DNA of 32,000 nucleotides from Crocosphaera subtropica ATCC 51142 (GCF_000017845.1 NC_010546.1:750001-782000); one strand, 5' to 3'. Counted from the first letter of the stretch, positions 1 through 7,911 are shown. The notes: generated from the sequence alone by a model not told the origin. Program-made: numbers and translations.

Positions 1-134
1 TGTACAACCGATGGTTCTCTTTGCTAAAGTTATATCTCATCTTTAAAAATAAAGAAATATTGATTTTTAGGTAATCAGATTAGGGAACAATCATATGGCA
101 ATAAAGATTAAGAATTTACAATCTTTGAAAGCCT

Positions 135-1838
135 TTAACCATGATGATGTCTATTGAACTTATAAGTTAAGCCAAGGCCAAAAATGCCAAGACCCAATAA
201 ACTTAAAGGGGAAGCGTTTTCAGGAACCGATTTTAAAGAAAAGGTTTGAATTGAATTATCAACATCCCCGGCTACATAAACCGTATCATCAATTAATGTT
301 ACTCCTGTCATTCCATAAGGGGGAGGCCCACCAGGGAATCCTAAAAGGCCGATGGGCAAATCAGTGGCTAAAGTTTTTGTTTTACCAGTTGTAATATTAA
401 TGGTCTTAAGACTTCGAGTCCCAATTTCAGCAACTACAGCAATACCATCAGCATGATAAGCAACCCCTTCAGGTTGTAATAACCCTGTAGCAATAACATC
501 GACCTCTCCTGTTACGAGATTAATCATTGAAAGCCGATTACCCAGAGATTCGCTGACTAAAATCCTATTATCATCAACAACAGCTAAACCCGTTGGACAA
601 AATAAATTATTAGCTGCTACACCTCGTTGATCCCCTGCTGTATTAAGAATTTGTGTAACTTGTCCCAAAAGGCAATCAGCGACTAAAATGCTGCCATTGC
701 CCAATTCCACGGCATCGTAAGGTAAGCCAAAACCCTGGTAATTATTCAATAGGGACCCAGTATTGCGATCTAATCTTTGTACAGCCCCACTAAACCAACT
801 ACTTGTTAAGATATGATTTTCGTTGGCAAAAGCATTGAGGGGAAATTGAATCGGGTTAATAATAGTCTCTTCTATCAAACCACTCTCTCGATCTACTACT
901 CTGTAACTGTAAGTATCGGCAACATAGAGTTTGTTGCCAAAAGCTGCAATTCCATGAGGTAACGTTAGTCCTCCACTTTCAAGAACCAAGCGAACCTCAC
1001 CGGTTTCTGTATTAATTTCATGAATTGTTCCATCGACGTTATTGGTGACATAAAGCAAGTCGTTAGAACTAAATACCATACTATCAAGACCTGGAGACAG
1101 AGAAACCACAACCTCTGTTGCACCGGTAAGAGGATCGATTTGTACCACTTCACCGTCAAGATTATTTAAAGCAAAGAGTTCACCAGAGGAATTAAATTTG
1201 ACTGCAGTAACAACGGATAAACCAGCGGTGACTGGTTGACTGACACCGGTATCTACATCAATTTTAACTACTGCTCCAGCTAACTGTAGAGGACTATATA
1301 AGAGTCCATCAGGACCAAAATCAAAAGAGTTCAAGAATCCTGGATTATTGTTAATCAATGTTGGTGGTTGTGATCCCGTAGCGTCAATTTCAAACAAACC
1401 ATCACCCTGAGGTGTTAAACTTTGAGCGACAAAAATACGACCATCATCTTTTTGAGTGATGGGATTAACACTGGGTAAATTGGAAACAATGGTGTTAAAG
1501 TCTCCTGTTATGGGATCAAAAGTTCTCACTTGGCCACTGAGGGGTGCTGTGTAAAAAAGTGTACCGTCAGCAGAAAAGAAAAAATCATCTCCTTGACCTT
1601 GAGGCGCATTAATAAAAGTCTCAAATTCACCGTTGTTAATGTCAACTCGATAGAGAGTTTGTTCAGCGACACTTCCTACATAAAGCTCTCCTATACTATC
1701 AAAATTGATGCCGTTAAGTCCTTTAAAAGGTGATGGAGAGATTAGTACATTAGCCTGAACTTTTTGACTATTCATTAGAAACAAACTGCTGATTAAAATT
1801 AGACAAAATTGTCTATAGTTATTGAGATATTTTTTCAT
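135..1838 (-). CDS. Secreted beta-propeller repeat protein (NHL/SMP-30/YncE-like) with a PEP-CTERM-like C-terminal sorting tail
   Basis: 567-aa ORF. The N-terminus has a hydrophobic signal-like segment (LILISSLFLMNSQKVQA). The body repeats G-x-x-F-D-x-x-G-x-L-Y/F-V strands (GINFDSIGELYVGS, FDFGPDGLLYSP, VKFNSSGELFALNN, GIAAFGNKLYVADT). The C-terminus VPENASPLSLLGLGIFGLGLTYKFNRHHHG has a PE-x motif, a hydrophobic helix and a basic end. Confidence 0.75.
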   Translation of the reverse strand: MKKYLNNYRQFCLILISSLFLMNSQKVQANVLISPSPFKGLNGINFDSIGELYVGSVAEQTLYRVDINNGEFETFINAPQGQGDDFFFSADGTLFYTAPLSGQVRTFDPITGDFNTIVSNLPSVNPITQKDDGRIFVAQSLTPQGDGLFEIDATGSQPPTLINNNPGFLNSFDFGPDGLLYSPLQLAGAVVKIDVDTGVSQPVTAGLSVVTAVKFNSSGELFALNNLDGEVVQIDPLTGATEVVVSLSPGLDSMVFSSNDLLYVTNNVDGTIHEINTETGEVRLVLESGGLTLPHGIAAFGNKLYVADTYSYRVVDRESGLIEETIINPIQFPLNAFANENHILTSSWFSGAVQRLDRNTGSLLNNYQGFGLPYDAVELGNGSILVADCLLGQVTQILNTAGDQRGVAANNLFCPTGLAVVDDNRILVSESLGNRLSMINLVTGEVDVIATGLLQPEGVAYHADGIAVVAEIGTRSLKTINITTGKTKTLATDLPIGLLGFPGGPPPYGMTGVTLIDDTVYVAGDVDNSIQTFSLKSVPENASPLSLLGLGIFGLGLTYKFNRHHHG

Positions 1839-2084
1839 TTTTGATGAAACGATTAGAATTTCTGCGTCAATACTATATCAAGTAAATTTGAAAAAAGCTT
1901 AAAAAATAAAAAAATATAGGGTTTTGAAGAACTTCCAATGTATTGTTTTATTTTCCAGAACACTGGGCAGCCAAACCCATCTAGTATTGGAAGTCCCCCT
2001 AGACTTACTTGTATCTAGAGATTTATGATCAGGAGATAGGTCTTTCTGTAAGAAAGAATAATCAAACCATTAAGGAAAAAGATT

Positions 2085-3518
2085 ATGAGCGAGCGAGAAT
2101 TCGATTATGATTTAATCATTATCGGTGCAGGAGTGGGGGGACACGGTGCAGCCTTACATGCCGTTAAATGTGGCCTAAAAACCGCTATTATCGAAGCAAA
2201 AGACATGGGGGGAACCTGTGTTAACCGAGGTTGTATTCCCTCAAAAGCCCTCTTAGCAGCATCAGGAAGAGTCCGAGAATTACAAAATGCTCAACATCTC
2301 TACAGTTTGGGGATTCATATTCAAGGCGTAGACTTCCAACGACAAGCGATCGCTGACCATGCTATTAGTTTAGTCAATAAAATACGGGGGGATCTCACCA
2401 ATAGTTTAAAACGCCTCAAAGTTGACAGCATCCACGGGTGGGGAAAAGTCATCGATACCCAAAAAGTCAGTGTCCTCAGCGACGATGGAGAAAAAATACT
2501 CACCGCCAAGGATATTATGTTATGTCCTGGCTCAGTGCCGTTTGTCCCCCGTGGCATCGAAATTGACCATAAAACAGTCTTTACCAGCGACGAAGCCGTT
2601 AAATTAGAAGTGTTACCCCAATGGATCGCAATTATTGGTAGTGGTTATATTGGGTTAGAATTTTCCGATATTTATACTGCTTTAGGGTGCGAAGTCACCA
2701 TGATCGAAGCTTTAGACAATCTAATGCCCGGTTTTGACCCCGAAATCTCTAAATTAGCCGAAAGAACCCTGATCAAAGCCCGTGATATCGAAACCTACTC
2801 CGGGGTATTTGCCACCAAAGTCACCCCAGGCGCACCGGTTACCATTGAATTAACCGACGCTAAGACTAAAGAAGTGATCGATGTCTTAGAAGTAGATGCT
2901 TGTTTAGTGGCGACGGGAAGAGTTCCGGCTACTAAAAATCTAGGCTTAGAAAACCTTGGCATTGAAACCGATCGCGGTTTTATCCCCGTTAACGACAAAA
3001 TGGAAGTCTTACGAGACGGCGAACCCGTTCCCCATCTTTGGGCAGTAGGAGACGCAAACGGGAAAATGATGTTAGCTCATGCAGCATCAGGACAGGGAGC
3101 GATCGCCGTAGAAAATATGTGCGGACGAGATAAAACCATCGATTATCGGAGTATTCCAGCAGCAGCCTTTACTCACCCCGAAATCAGTTACGTTGGCCTT
3201 ACCGAGCCAGCAGCCCGTGAATTAGGGGAACAAGAAGGGTTTGAAGTCGCAACCGTCAAAACCTACTTTAAAGGCAATTCTAAAGCCCTGGCAGAAGGGG
3301 AAACCGATGGCATTGCTAAGATTGTGTTCCGTAAAGATAACGGAGAACTTTTAGGGGTGCATATCATGGGTATTCACGCCTCCGACTTGATCCAAGAAGC
3401 CGCCAATGCGATCGCTCAACGTCAAAGTGTTGAGAATCTTTCGTTTAATATTCATACCCATCCCACCCTATCAGAAGTATTAGACGAAGCTTTTAAACGA
3501 GCTGAAGCTAGAGTTTAG
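2085..3518 (+). CDS. lpdA: Dihydrolipoyl (dihydrolipoamide) dehydrogenase, E3 component
   Basis: FAD GxGxxG motif ([13 protein letters not shown]), redox-active disulfide [16 protein letters not shown] GxGxxG motif ([11 protein letters not shown]) and the C-terminal His-Glu motif HTHPTLSE. Length is 477 aa. Confidence 0.95.
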   Translation: MSEREFDYDLIIIGAGVGGHGAALHAVKCGLKTAIIEAKDMGGTCVNRGCIPSKALLAASGRVRELQNAQHLYSLGIHIQGVDFQRQAIADHAISLVNKIRGDLTNSLKRLKVDSIHGWGKVIDTQKVSVLSDDGEKILTAKDIMLCPGSVPFVPRGIEIDHKTVFTSDEAVKLEVLPQWIAIIGSGYIGLEFSDIYTALGCEVTMIEALDNLMPGFDPEISKLAERTLIKARDIETYSGVFATKVTPGAPVTIELTDAKTKEVIDVLEVDACLVATGRVPATKNLGLENLGIETDRGFIPVNDKMEVLRDGEPVPHLWAVGDANGKMMLAHAASGQGAIAVENMCGRDKTIDYRSIPAAAFTHPEISYVGLTEPAARELGEQEGFEVATVKTYFKGNSKALAEGETDGIAKIVFRKDNGELLGVHIMGIHASDLIQEAANAIAQRQSVENLSFNIHTHPTLSEVLDEAFKRAEARV

Positions 3519-3519
3519 C

Positions 3520-3567
3520 CTAAGCAGGGGAGCAAAGGGAGAAGGGAGCGCCGGAGAAGGGAGAAAA
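3520..3567. repeat. GGGAG-rich dispersed repeat, copy L (CTAAGCAGGGGAGCAAAGGGAGAAGGGAG...GGGAGAA)
   Basis: Lies directly after the lpdA stop codon. Its reverse complement closely resembles 4931..4969. Confidence 0.6.
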
Positions 3568-3572
3568 ACATT

Positions 3573-3613
3573 ACACCCAACACCCCACACCCCACACCCC
3601 ACACCCCCCACCC
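3573..3613. repeat. Tandem heptamer array (ACACCCC)n, about 5 copies, STRR-like
   Basis: Reads ACACCCA ACACCCC ACACCCC ACACCCC ACACCCC CCACCC directly from the sequence. Confidence 0.9.
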
Positions 3614-3622
3614 AAGAATTTC

Positions 3623-3653
3623 TTGACGCAATGGGGAAAAAACCCCTTAGAAT
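3623..3653 (+). promoter_or_regulatory. Candidate sigma70-type promoter for psbX (TTGACG ... TAGAAT)
   Basis: TTGACG at 3623..3628 and TAGAAT at 3648..3653 lie about 45 nt upstream of the psbX ATG. The 19-nt spacer is longer than optimal, so this is only a candidate. Confidence 0.25.
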
Positions 3654-3697
3654 AAGTAACGTTAGGTATCAAAACCGAAAAAAAGGGTAACAACTAT

Positions 3698-3820
3698 ATG
3701 ACACCATCTTTAGCTAATTTCTTATGGAGCCTGGTCTGGGGAACCGTTATCGTCGTTATCCCCGTTACCGTTGGGCTGGTATTCATCAGTCAAAGCGATA
3801 AAATCAAGCGCAACTTCTAA
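3698..3820 (+). CDS. psbX: Photosystem II reaction centre protein X (40 aa)
   Basis: Not in the ORF track because it is under 60 aa. The translation is MTPSLANFLWSLVWGTVIVVIPVTVGLVFISQSDKIKRNF. As I recall it, cyanobacterial PsbX has the same MTPSLANFLWSL start, a single TM helix and an ISQxDK C-terminal motif. Confidence 0.85.
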   Translation: MTPSLANFLWSLVWGTVIVVIPVTVGLVFISQSDKIKRNF

Positions 3821-3833
3821 GCTTGTTTGAATT

Positions 3834-3859
3834 AACCCCATCCCCAGTTGGGTGGGGTT
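3834..3859 (+). terminator. Hairpin downstream of psbX (AACCCCA ... TGGGGTT)
   Basis: A 7-bp GC-rich inverted repeat 14 nt after the psbX stop. There is no clean U-tract after it. Confidence 0.4.
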
Positions 3860-3975
3860 GATTACATTATTTAGTTATATTAGTAAGTAAGAAAAAAGTT
3901 TACCCTGTTGGGTATTCTAAGAATGAAATATTAAAAAAAATTCGCTACCATAGCAGATGAAAACGGAGAGCGATA

Positions 3976-4842
3976 ATGGTTAATTTTGGGCTGAACTCAG
4001 CCAGTGTCCTCGGAATTTTTTTAGCCGTTGCTGGAGCAGGTTTATACTTCTTGCGAACGGTACGGCCGGAACTGTCGAGGGATCATGATATATTTTTTGC
4101 TGCAGTGGGTCTATTATGTGGACTAATACTATTATTTCAAGGGTGGCGACTTGATCCCATTCTACAGTTTGGACAATTTTTGTTAACAGGATCGGCTGTC
4201 TTTTTTGCCGTCGAGAGTATCCGTTTAAGGGGAGCTACCACCGAACAAGCAAAACGGAGTTCTTCCTTTGTGGATGATGATCGTCGAGTCAGTAAAACTA
4301 GAGTCTATACAGAAGCCGAGCTTGATCGCCTCGAACCTTACGAAGAAGAAGAACCCACCTATCGTAATAACCCTCGTTTACAAGGATACGCCGATCCTCG
4401 CAGTAGTCGGGGTTACGGAGATGATGACCCCCGAACCCCACGATCCCGTCGTCGTCCCCCTAGCGATCCTTACAGCGATCGCCCTTCCCCCAGAAGGACA
4501 ACCCGTCCCAGTCGATCGACAACAGAAAACTATGATGCTTGGGGTAGTGAGGATGATATGTGGGAAGATCGCCCCAAAAAACGTCGTCCCAGTCGTCCTC
4601 GTCCCGAAAGCTCTTCCCCCCAAACCCCCTCAAGCCCCCCTCGAAAACGCCGTCCTCGTCCCAGTAGTCAAACCAAGGGCTATCCGTCGAGTCCAGAGGA
4701 AACACCAACTACCACCGACTATGTGGACTATCAACCCATAGATCCATCGGAAAGCCCTAGAAAGCGAGGCTCTCGACCCTCAAACCCAGAGGATAATTAT
4801 GAAGGTGATCGCCCATCAGATCCTTCTAATTTTGACTATTAA
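3976..4842 (+). CDS. ycf66: Ycf66-family membrane protein with a long Pro/Arg/Ser-rich disordered C-terminal tail
   Basis: The N-terminal ~85 aa (MVNFGLNSASVLGIFLAVAGAGLYFLRTVRPELSRDHDIFFAAVGLLCGLILLFQGWRLDPILQFGQFLLTGSAVFFAVESIRLRG) match the Ycf66 N-terminal domain as I recall it. The remaining ~200 aa are low complexity (PRSRRRPPSDPYSDRPSPRRTTRPSRS..., KRRPSRPRPESSSPQTPSSPPRKRRPRPSS). Confidence 0.85.
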   Translation: MVNFGLNSASVLGIFLAVAGAGLYFLRTVRPELSRDHDIFFAAVGLLCGLILLFQGWRLDPILQFGQFLLTGSAVFFAVESIRLRGATTEQAKRSSSFVDDDRRVSKTRVYTEAELDRLEPYEEEEPTYRNNPRLQGYADPRSSRGYGDDDPRTPRSRRRPPSDPYSDRPSPRRTTRPSRSTTENYDAWGSEDDMWEDRPKKRRPSRPRPESSSPQTPSSPPRKRRPRPSSQTKGYPSSPEETPTTTDYVDYQPIDPSESPRKRGSRPSNPEDNYEGDRPSDPSNFDY

Positions 4843-4930
4843 CAATAATGCTCTACTGTAAACGAGGCAAAGGCTCAAAGGGAGAGAAAATAAAAGTTAC
4901 AGGCGTTTGTCAGCAGAAGGAGTTTTCATT

Positions 4931-4969
4931 AATTCTCCCCTCTCCCTGCTCCCTGCTCCTCTGCTCAGA
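4931..4969. repeat. GGGAG-rich dispersed repeat, copy R (inverted relative to 3520..3567)
   Basis: The plus strand reads AATTCTCCCCTCTCCCTGCTCCCTGCTCCTCTGCTCAGA. Its reverse complement TCTGAGCAGAGGAGCAGGGAGCAGGGAGAGGGGAGAATT aligns with copy L, allowing two indels. Confidence 0.6.
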
Positions 4970-5030
4970 CGTTCCCTTCCCGAATTCCATAAAAGCGATC
5001 GCCTCCCTATCTCTTAAGATAGTCATAGGA

Positions 5031-5531
5031 ATGGGTCTAATAAGCTTATTAGGATCTTGCAATGTCTTTAACCGTCCTGAACCTTCGGCTACCCTGAACA
5101 GTCGTTACAATGACCAACAACCTGCTTTGAGTGGAGATGGTCGTTGGTTAGCCTTAGTGTCGAACCGTAACAACAGTAATGAGATTTTACTTTATGATTT
5201 GCGTAGAGAAACATTCATCGACCTTCCAGGGTTAAATCAAAGTAACGTAATCTTAGAAAGTCCTAGCTTAAGTCGTACGGGACGCTATTTAGTCTATATT
5301 TCCAGTGTACAAGGACGGCCAGACGTAGCACTTTACGACCGTGCTACTCGACGGGCAGAACTATTAACTCAAGGTTATCGTAATTGGGTGAGAAATCCTC
5401 AAATTAGTGCCGATGGACGCTACATTGTTTTTGAAACTGCAAGACGAGGACAATGGGATATTGAAGTGTTAGACCGTGGCCCATTGATTGAATTAGATAT
5501 TCCTGATGGTACACCCGTGGAAACCCCTTAA
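5031..5531 (+). CDS. Small TolB-like (PD40/WD40-like beta-propeller repeat) lipoprotein, three repeats
   Basis: I prefer the ATG at 5031 (MGLISLLGSC, lipobox-like LGSC) over the track start at 4848, because that extension runs through the CT-rich repeat. There are three PD40-type repeats (LSGDGRWLALVSNR..ILLYDL, LSRTGRYLVYISS..VALYD, ISADGRYIVFETAR..WDIEVLD). Confidence 0.7.
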   Translation: MGLISLLGSCNVFNRPEPSATLNSRYNDQQPALSGDGRWLALVSNRNNSNEILLYDLRRETFIDLPGLNQSNVILESPSLSRTGRYLVYISSVQGRPDVALYDRATRRAELLTQGYRNWVRNPQISADGRYIVFETARRGQWDIEVLDRGPLIELDIPDGTPVETP

Positions 5532-5533
5532 GC

Positions 5534-5568
5534 GAGTTCGGGGTTCGGGGTTCGGGGTTCGGAGTTAG
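5534..5568. repeat. Tandem heptamer array GAGTTCG (GGGTTCG)x3 GAGTTAG
   Basis: Read directly from the sequence. It begins 3 nt after the stop codon of the 5031..5531 gene. Confidence 0.9.
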
Positions 5569-5657
5569 AAGTGATCATTAATCACGATAGCCAATGGAGC
5601 AGATTTCATATAACATCTAATGCTTACCTGTTATTCGTTTAAGTTTAGGATTGATCG

Positions 5658-6170
5658 GTGAAACATTGTCTTCTTATTTGCATAGTTGTCATGAGTAGTC
5701 TGGTGACAGGGTGTACAGGTTATCCTCGTTATCTTAATTTTCCGTTCGATGGAGGGGGACGAGGATTAAATAGTCGCGCTTCAGACTTAGAACCTCAAGT
5801 GACTTCTACTTATATCGTCTTTATTTCTGATAGAAATGGTTCTCAAGACGTTTATCTTTTTGATGCTCAACAGCGACAACTCATTTCCTTACCAGGGTTA
5901 AATGCGTTAGATGAAATAGCGTCTCATCCGTCTATTTCTGAAGATGGTCGTTATGTGGTTTTTGGCGGGAGTCGTCAAGGAAAATCCAATATTTATGTTT
6001 ACGATCGACAAACGGAACAGAAACGCAATTTAACGGCTGATTTACAAGCAGAAGTCCGAAATCCCATCATTAATGCTGATGGAACGCAAATTGCCTTTGA
6101 AATTGCCCAGGACGGACAATGGGATATTATGATTTATGATTTATCAGGGAATCCTCTAAAACTTCAATAA
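5658..6170 (+). CDS. Small TolB-like (PD40 repeat) lipoprotein, paralog of the upstream gene
   Basis: GTG start. The signal peptide and lipobox are MKHCLLICIVVMSSLVTGC. Three PD40-type repeats are present (YIVFISDRNGSQDVYLFD, ISEDGRYVVFGGSRQGKSNIYVYD, INADGTQIAFEIAQDGQWDIMIYD). The protein aligns along its whole length with 5031..5531. Confidence 0.75.
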   Translation: MKHCLLICIVVMSSLVTGCTGYPRYLNFPFDGGGRGLNSRASDLEPQVTSTYIVFISDRNGSQDVYLFDAQQRQLISLPGLNALDEIASHPSISEDGRYVVFGGSRQGKSNIYVYDRQTEQKRNLTADLQAEVRNPIINADGTQIAFEIAQDGQWDIMIYDLSGNPLKLQ

Positions 6171-6177
6171 TTAACCT

Positions 6178-6219
6178 GAGTTCGGAGTGCGGCTACGCCG
6201 TGCTACGCAACGGAGTTCG
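6178..6219. repeat. Heptamer-phased dispersed element, copy B (GAGTTCG GAGTGCG GCTACGC CGTGCTA CGCAACG GAGTTCG)
   Basis: Begins 8 nt after the stop of the 5658..6170 gene. The core AGTGCGGCTACGCCGTGCTACGCAACGGAGTT recurs in reverse complement at 24032..24064. Confidence 0.8.
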
Positions 6220-6295
6220 AGCATATGCAAGGAAATAATGGGTATTTTAGGCAACGATTTTATTAACCTTTGAGCTTATCCCGAATTGACGTTAA

Positions 6296-7246
6296 TTATG
6301 AAATTTTTAAAGGTTCTCGCACTAAACGAATATATAAATGTTTAAACGTTGAACGAATTACCCTAGGGAGTCCAAAATCAATGGGCATCGTTTTATCCGG
6401 CAACTGCCAATCACTGATTTGTAATTGAGTGGGATGGCATAAGGGAAATTCGATGTCTGCAACATTGCTAGTTAATCCTAGCCGTTGTTGAGCCACCCAT
6501 GTCGGAATCGATGAAGGAGATACCTTTAAGAGTTCAATCATAGCGCAGTCTAAGGCAAAAACGTCCCCAGAAGCCCCTAAAACCCCTAATTCCCTCGGTT
6601 CTCCGTTACTTGGTCCATTGCCTTGGTGAGCGATAATACCGTCGATAATGGTTAAATTTGGGGCGATCGCCCTAGCGGTTTCTACCAACATCTCCCCAAA
6701 GCGATCGCTATCTTTTCCGGCTTCCATGTGCCACCAAGCTTTCATTTTCCCCGGAACACAACCAAATAGATTTTTTACCCCCAATGTTAACGTTAACTGA
6801 ACATGGGACTTAACCTTAGGCAAATTAATGACCACATCTGCATCCATCGCTTCTTTAGAAAGACGCAAATGGTCAAAATTCTCACTATTATGGCTGTAAC
6901 GTTTGCTTTGAAATTCTACGACCTCTAAGTCCAACTCCTCAATAATAGACCCGTAACCGTTGGCTAAAGCAACCCCACGGGCAGTACCAAAAGCTGGACT
7001 ATCCCCTAAAAACGGCGTTCCTCCTGCTTCTTTAACCAATTGAGCCACACAATACACCATTTCAGGACGAGTAACACATTCTTTCGTTGGACGACTTCCC
7101 GTTAATAAATTCGGTTTGAGTAGAACTCTTTGTCCTGGTTGAACAAAAGATTGGATTCCTCCCAAGGGGTCTAAAAGCTGTTTGAGAGACTTGTTCAGGA
7201 AGGCCAGATCATAAGAATGGGCTGATAATAAACTAACGCTAGACAT
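6296..7246 (-). CDS. DUF362 domain-containing protein
   Basis: 316-aa ORF with motifs I associate with DUF362: RVLLKPNLL near the N-terminus, LPKVKSHVQLTLTLGVKNLFGCVPG, and IIDGIIAHQGNGP. Confidence 0.75.
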   Translation of the reverse strand: MSSVSLLSAHSYDLAFLNKSLKQLLDPLGGIQSFVQPGQRVLLKPNLLTGSRPTKECVTRPEMVYCVAQLVKEAGGTPFLGDSPAFGTARGVALANGYGSIIEELDLEVVEFQSKRYSHNSENFDHLRLSKEAMDADVVINLPKVKSHVQLTLTLGVKNLFGCVPGKMKAWWHMEAGKDSDRFGEMLVETARAIAPNLTIIDGIIAHQGNGPSNGEPRELGVLGASGDVFALDCAMIELLKVSPSSIPTWVAQQRLGLTSNVADIEFPLCHPTQLQISDWQLPDKTMPIDFGLPRVIRSTFKHLYIRLVREPLKIS

Positions 7247-7467
7247 AGATATTTATGGTTAATTAGATGGTTTAATTATGACACTCAATCTTTTTTTGCA
7301 ATTAGTACAAAAAACCCAATTACTCTATTTCCTATGGTTTCTCCCCAAGAAAGAATTAAGTTTTGTAAATTTTTCTGACAGATTTGCCATAAACTCTTAG
7401 AATCTGAAACAACAAGCATAATAATGAGCAATTTTAAATTATAGTAAACTGCGATTATCAGATATCA

Positions 7468-7911
7468 ATGATGACTCAACCCTTGATTCTCTCCCCTCGC
7501 TATCGTTTGGATGATGAAATAACCTGGTTAGAAGGGATTGATCCTTCACGGCGTTATTGGTTAGCCGTTAATGGCGATCGCCAGTTACGGGTTGTTATTC
7601 CTGGGTTGTGTGTGGCTTCCAGCCAAGAATTAAAGGATGCTATTCTGGGGTTTCGTGCTTTACACCCTCAAGAAACTATGATAATCAAGCGTCCCTTTTT
7701 TGGTAAATTAACCATTCGTTGTCTTAGCCCTAACTGCTATGCTATTGAAGGAAGAGTGCAAGGGGCTTTAACTTGGCATCTCTTTGATAAGGAGGCTCTA
7801 GAAAGCTTGTTATTAACCAGTCATCCTGATTGGATTCCCTCTCAAAGAGACATAGAATTAGGGCGAAAATTGTTAGAATCAGCTTTTGAACAGCCTACTT
7901 ATGTAGTTTAA
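7468..7911 (+). CDS. Hypothetical protein (147 aa), no recognised domain
   Basis: Clean ORF of ordinary composition with no motif I can name. Its stop overlaps the stop of the convergent gene in a shared TTAA. Confidence 0.55.
   Translation: MMTQPLILSPRYRLDDEITWLEGIDPSRRYWLAVNGDRQLRVVIPGLCVASSQELKDAILGFRALHPQETMIIKRPFFGKLTIRCLSPNCYAIEGRVQGALTWHLFDKEALESLLLTSHPDWIPSQRDIELGRKLLESAFEQPTYVV

Noticed and set aside
4268-4741. 157-aa plus-strand ORF and two minus-strand ORFs (4378..4623 and 4460..4708) nested inside the ycf66 tail
   Set aside because: They are alternative frames of a locally GC-rich, stop-codon-poor, low-complexity segment. Their translations are also low complexity and have no start context. 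The frame that continues from the conserved Ycf66 N-terminal domain is the credible one.
4848-5030. N-terminal extension of the first PD40 lipoprotein ORF (track start 4848)
   Set aside because: The extension translates the CT-rich dispersed repeat (LILPSPCSLLLCS). A start at 5031 gives a lipoprotein signal and a length matching the downstream paralog.
6205-6222. GGAGTTCGAGC resembles a tRNA T-arm (GGTTCGA-like)
   Set aside because: No acceptor stem, D-arm or anticodon arm can be drawn around it. It is part of the GAGTTCG heptamer-phased repeat.
7908-7911. Convergent genes whose stop codons overlap in TTAA
   Set aside because: The overlap is real in the sequence, but it is a trivial consequence of tight packing. 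There is no evidence of regulatory significance.
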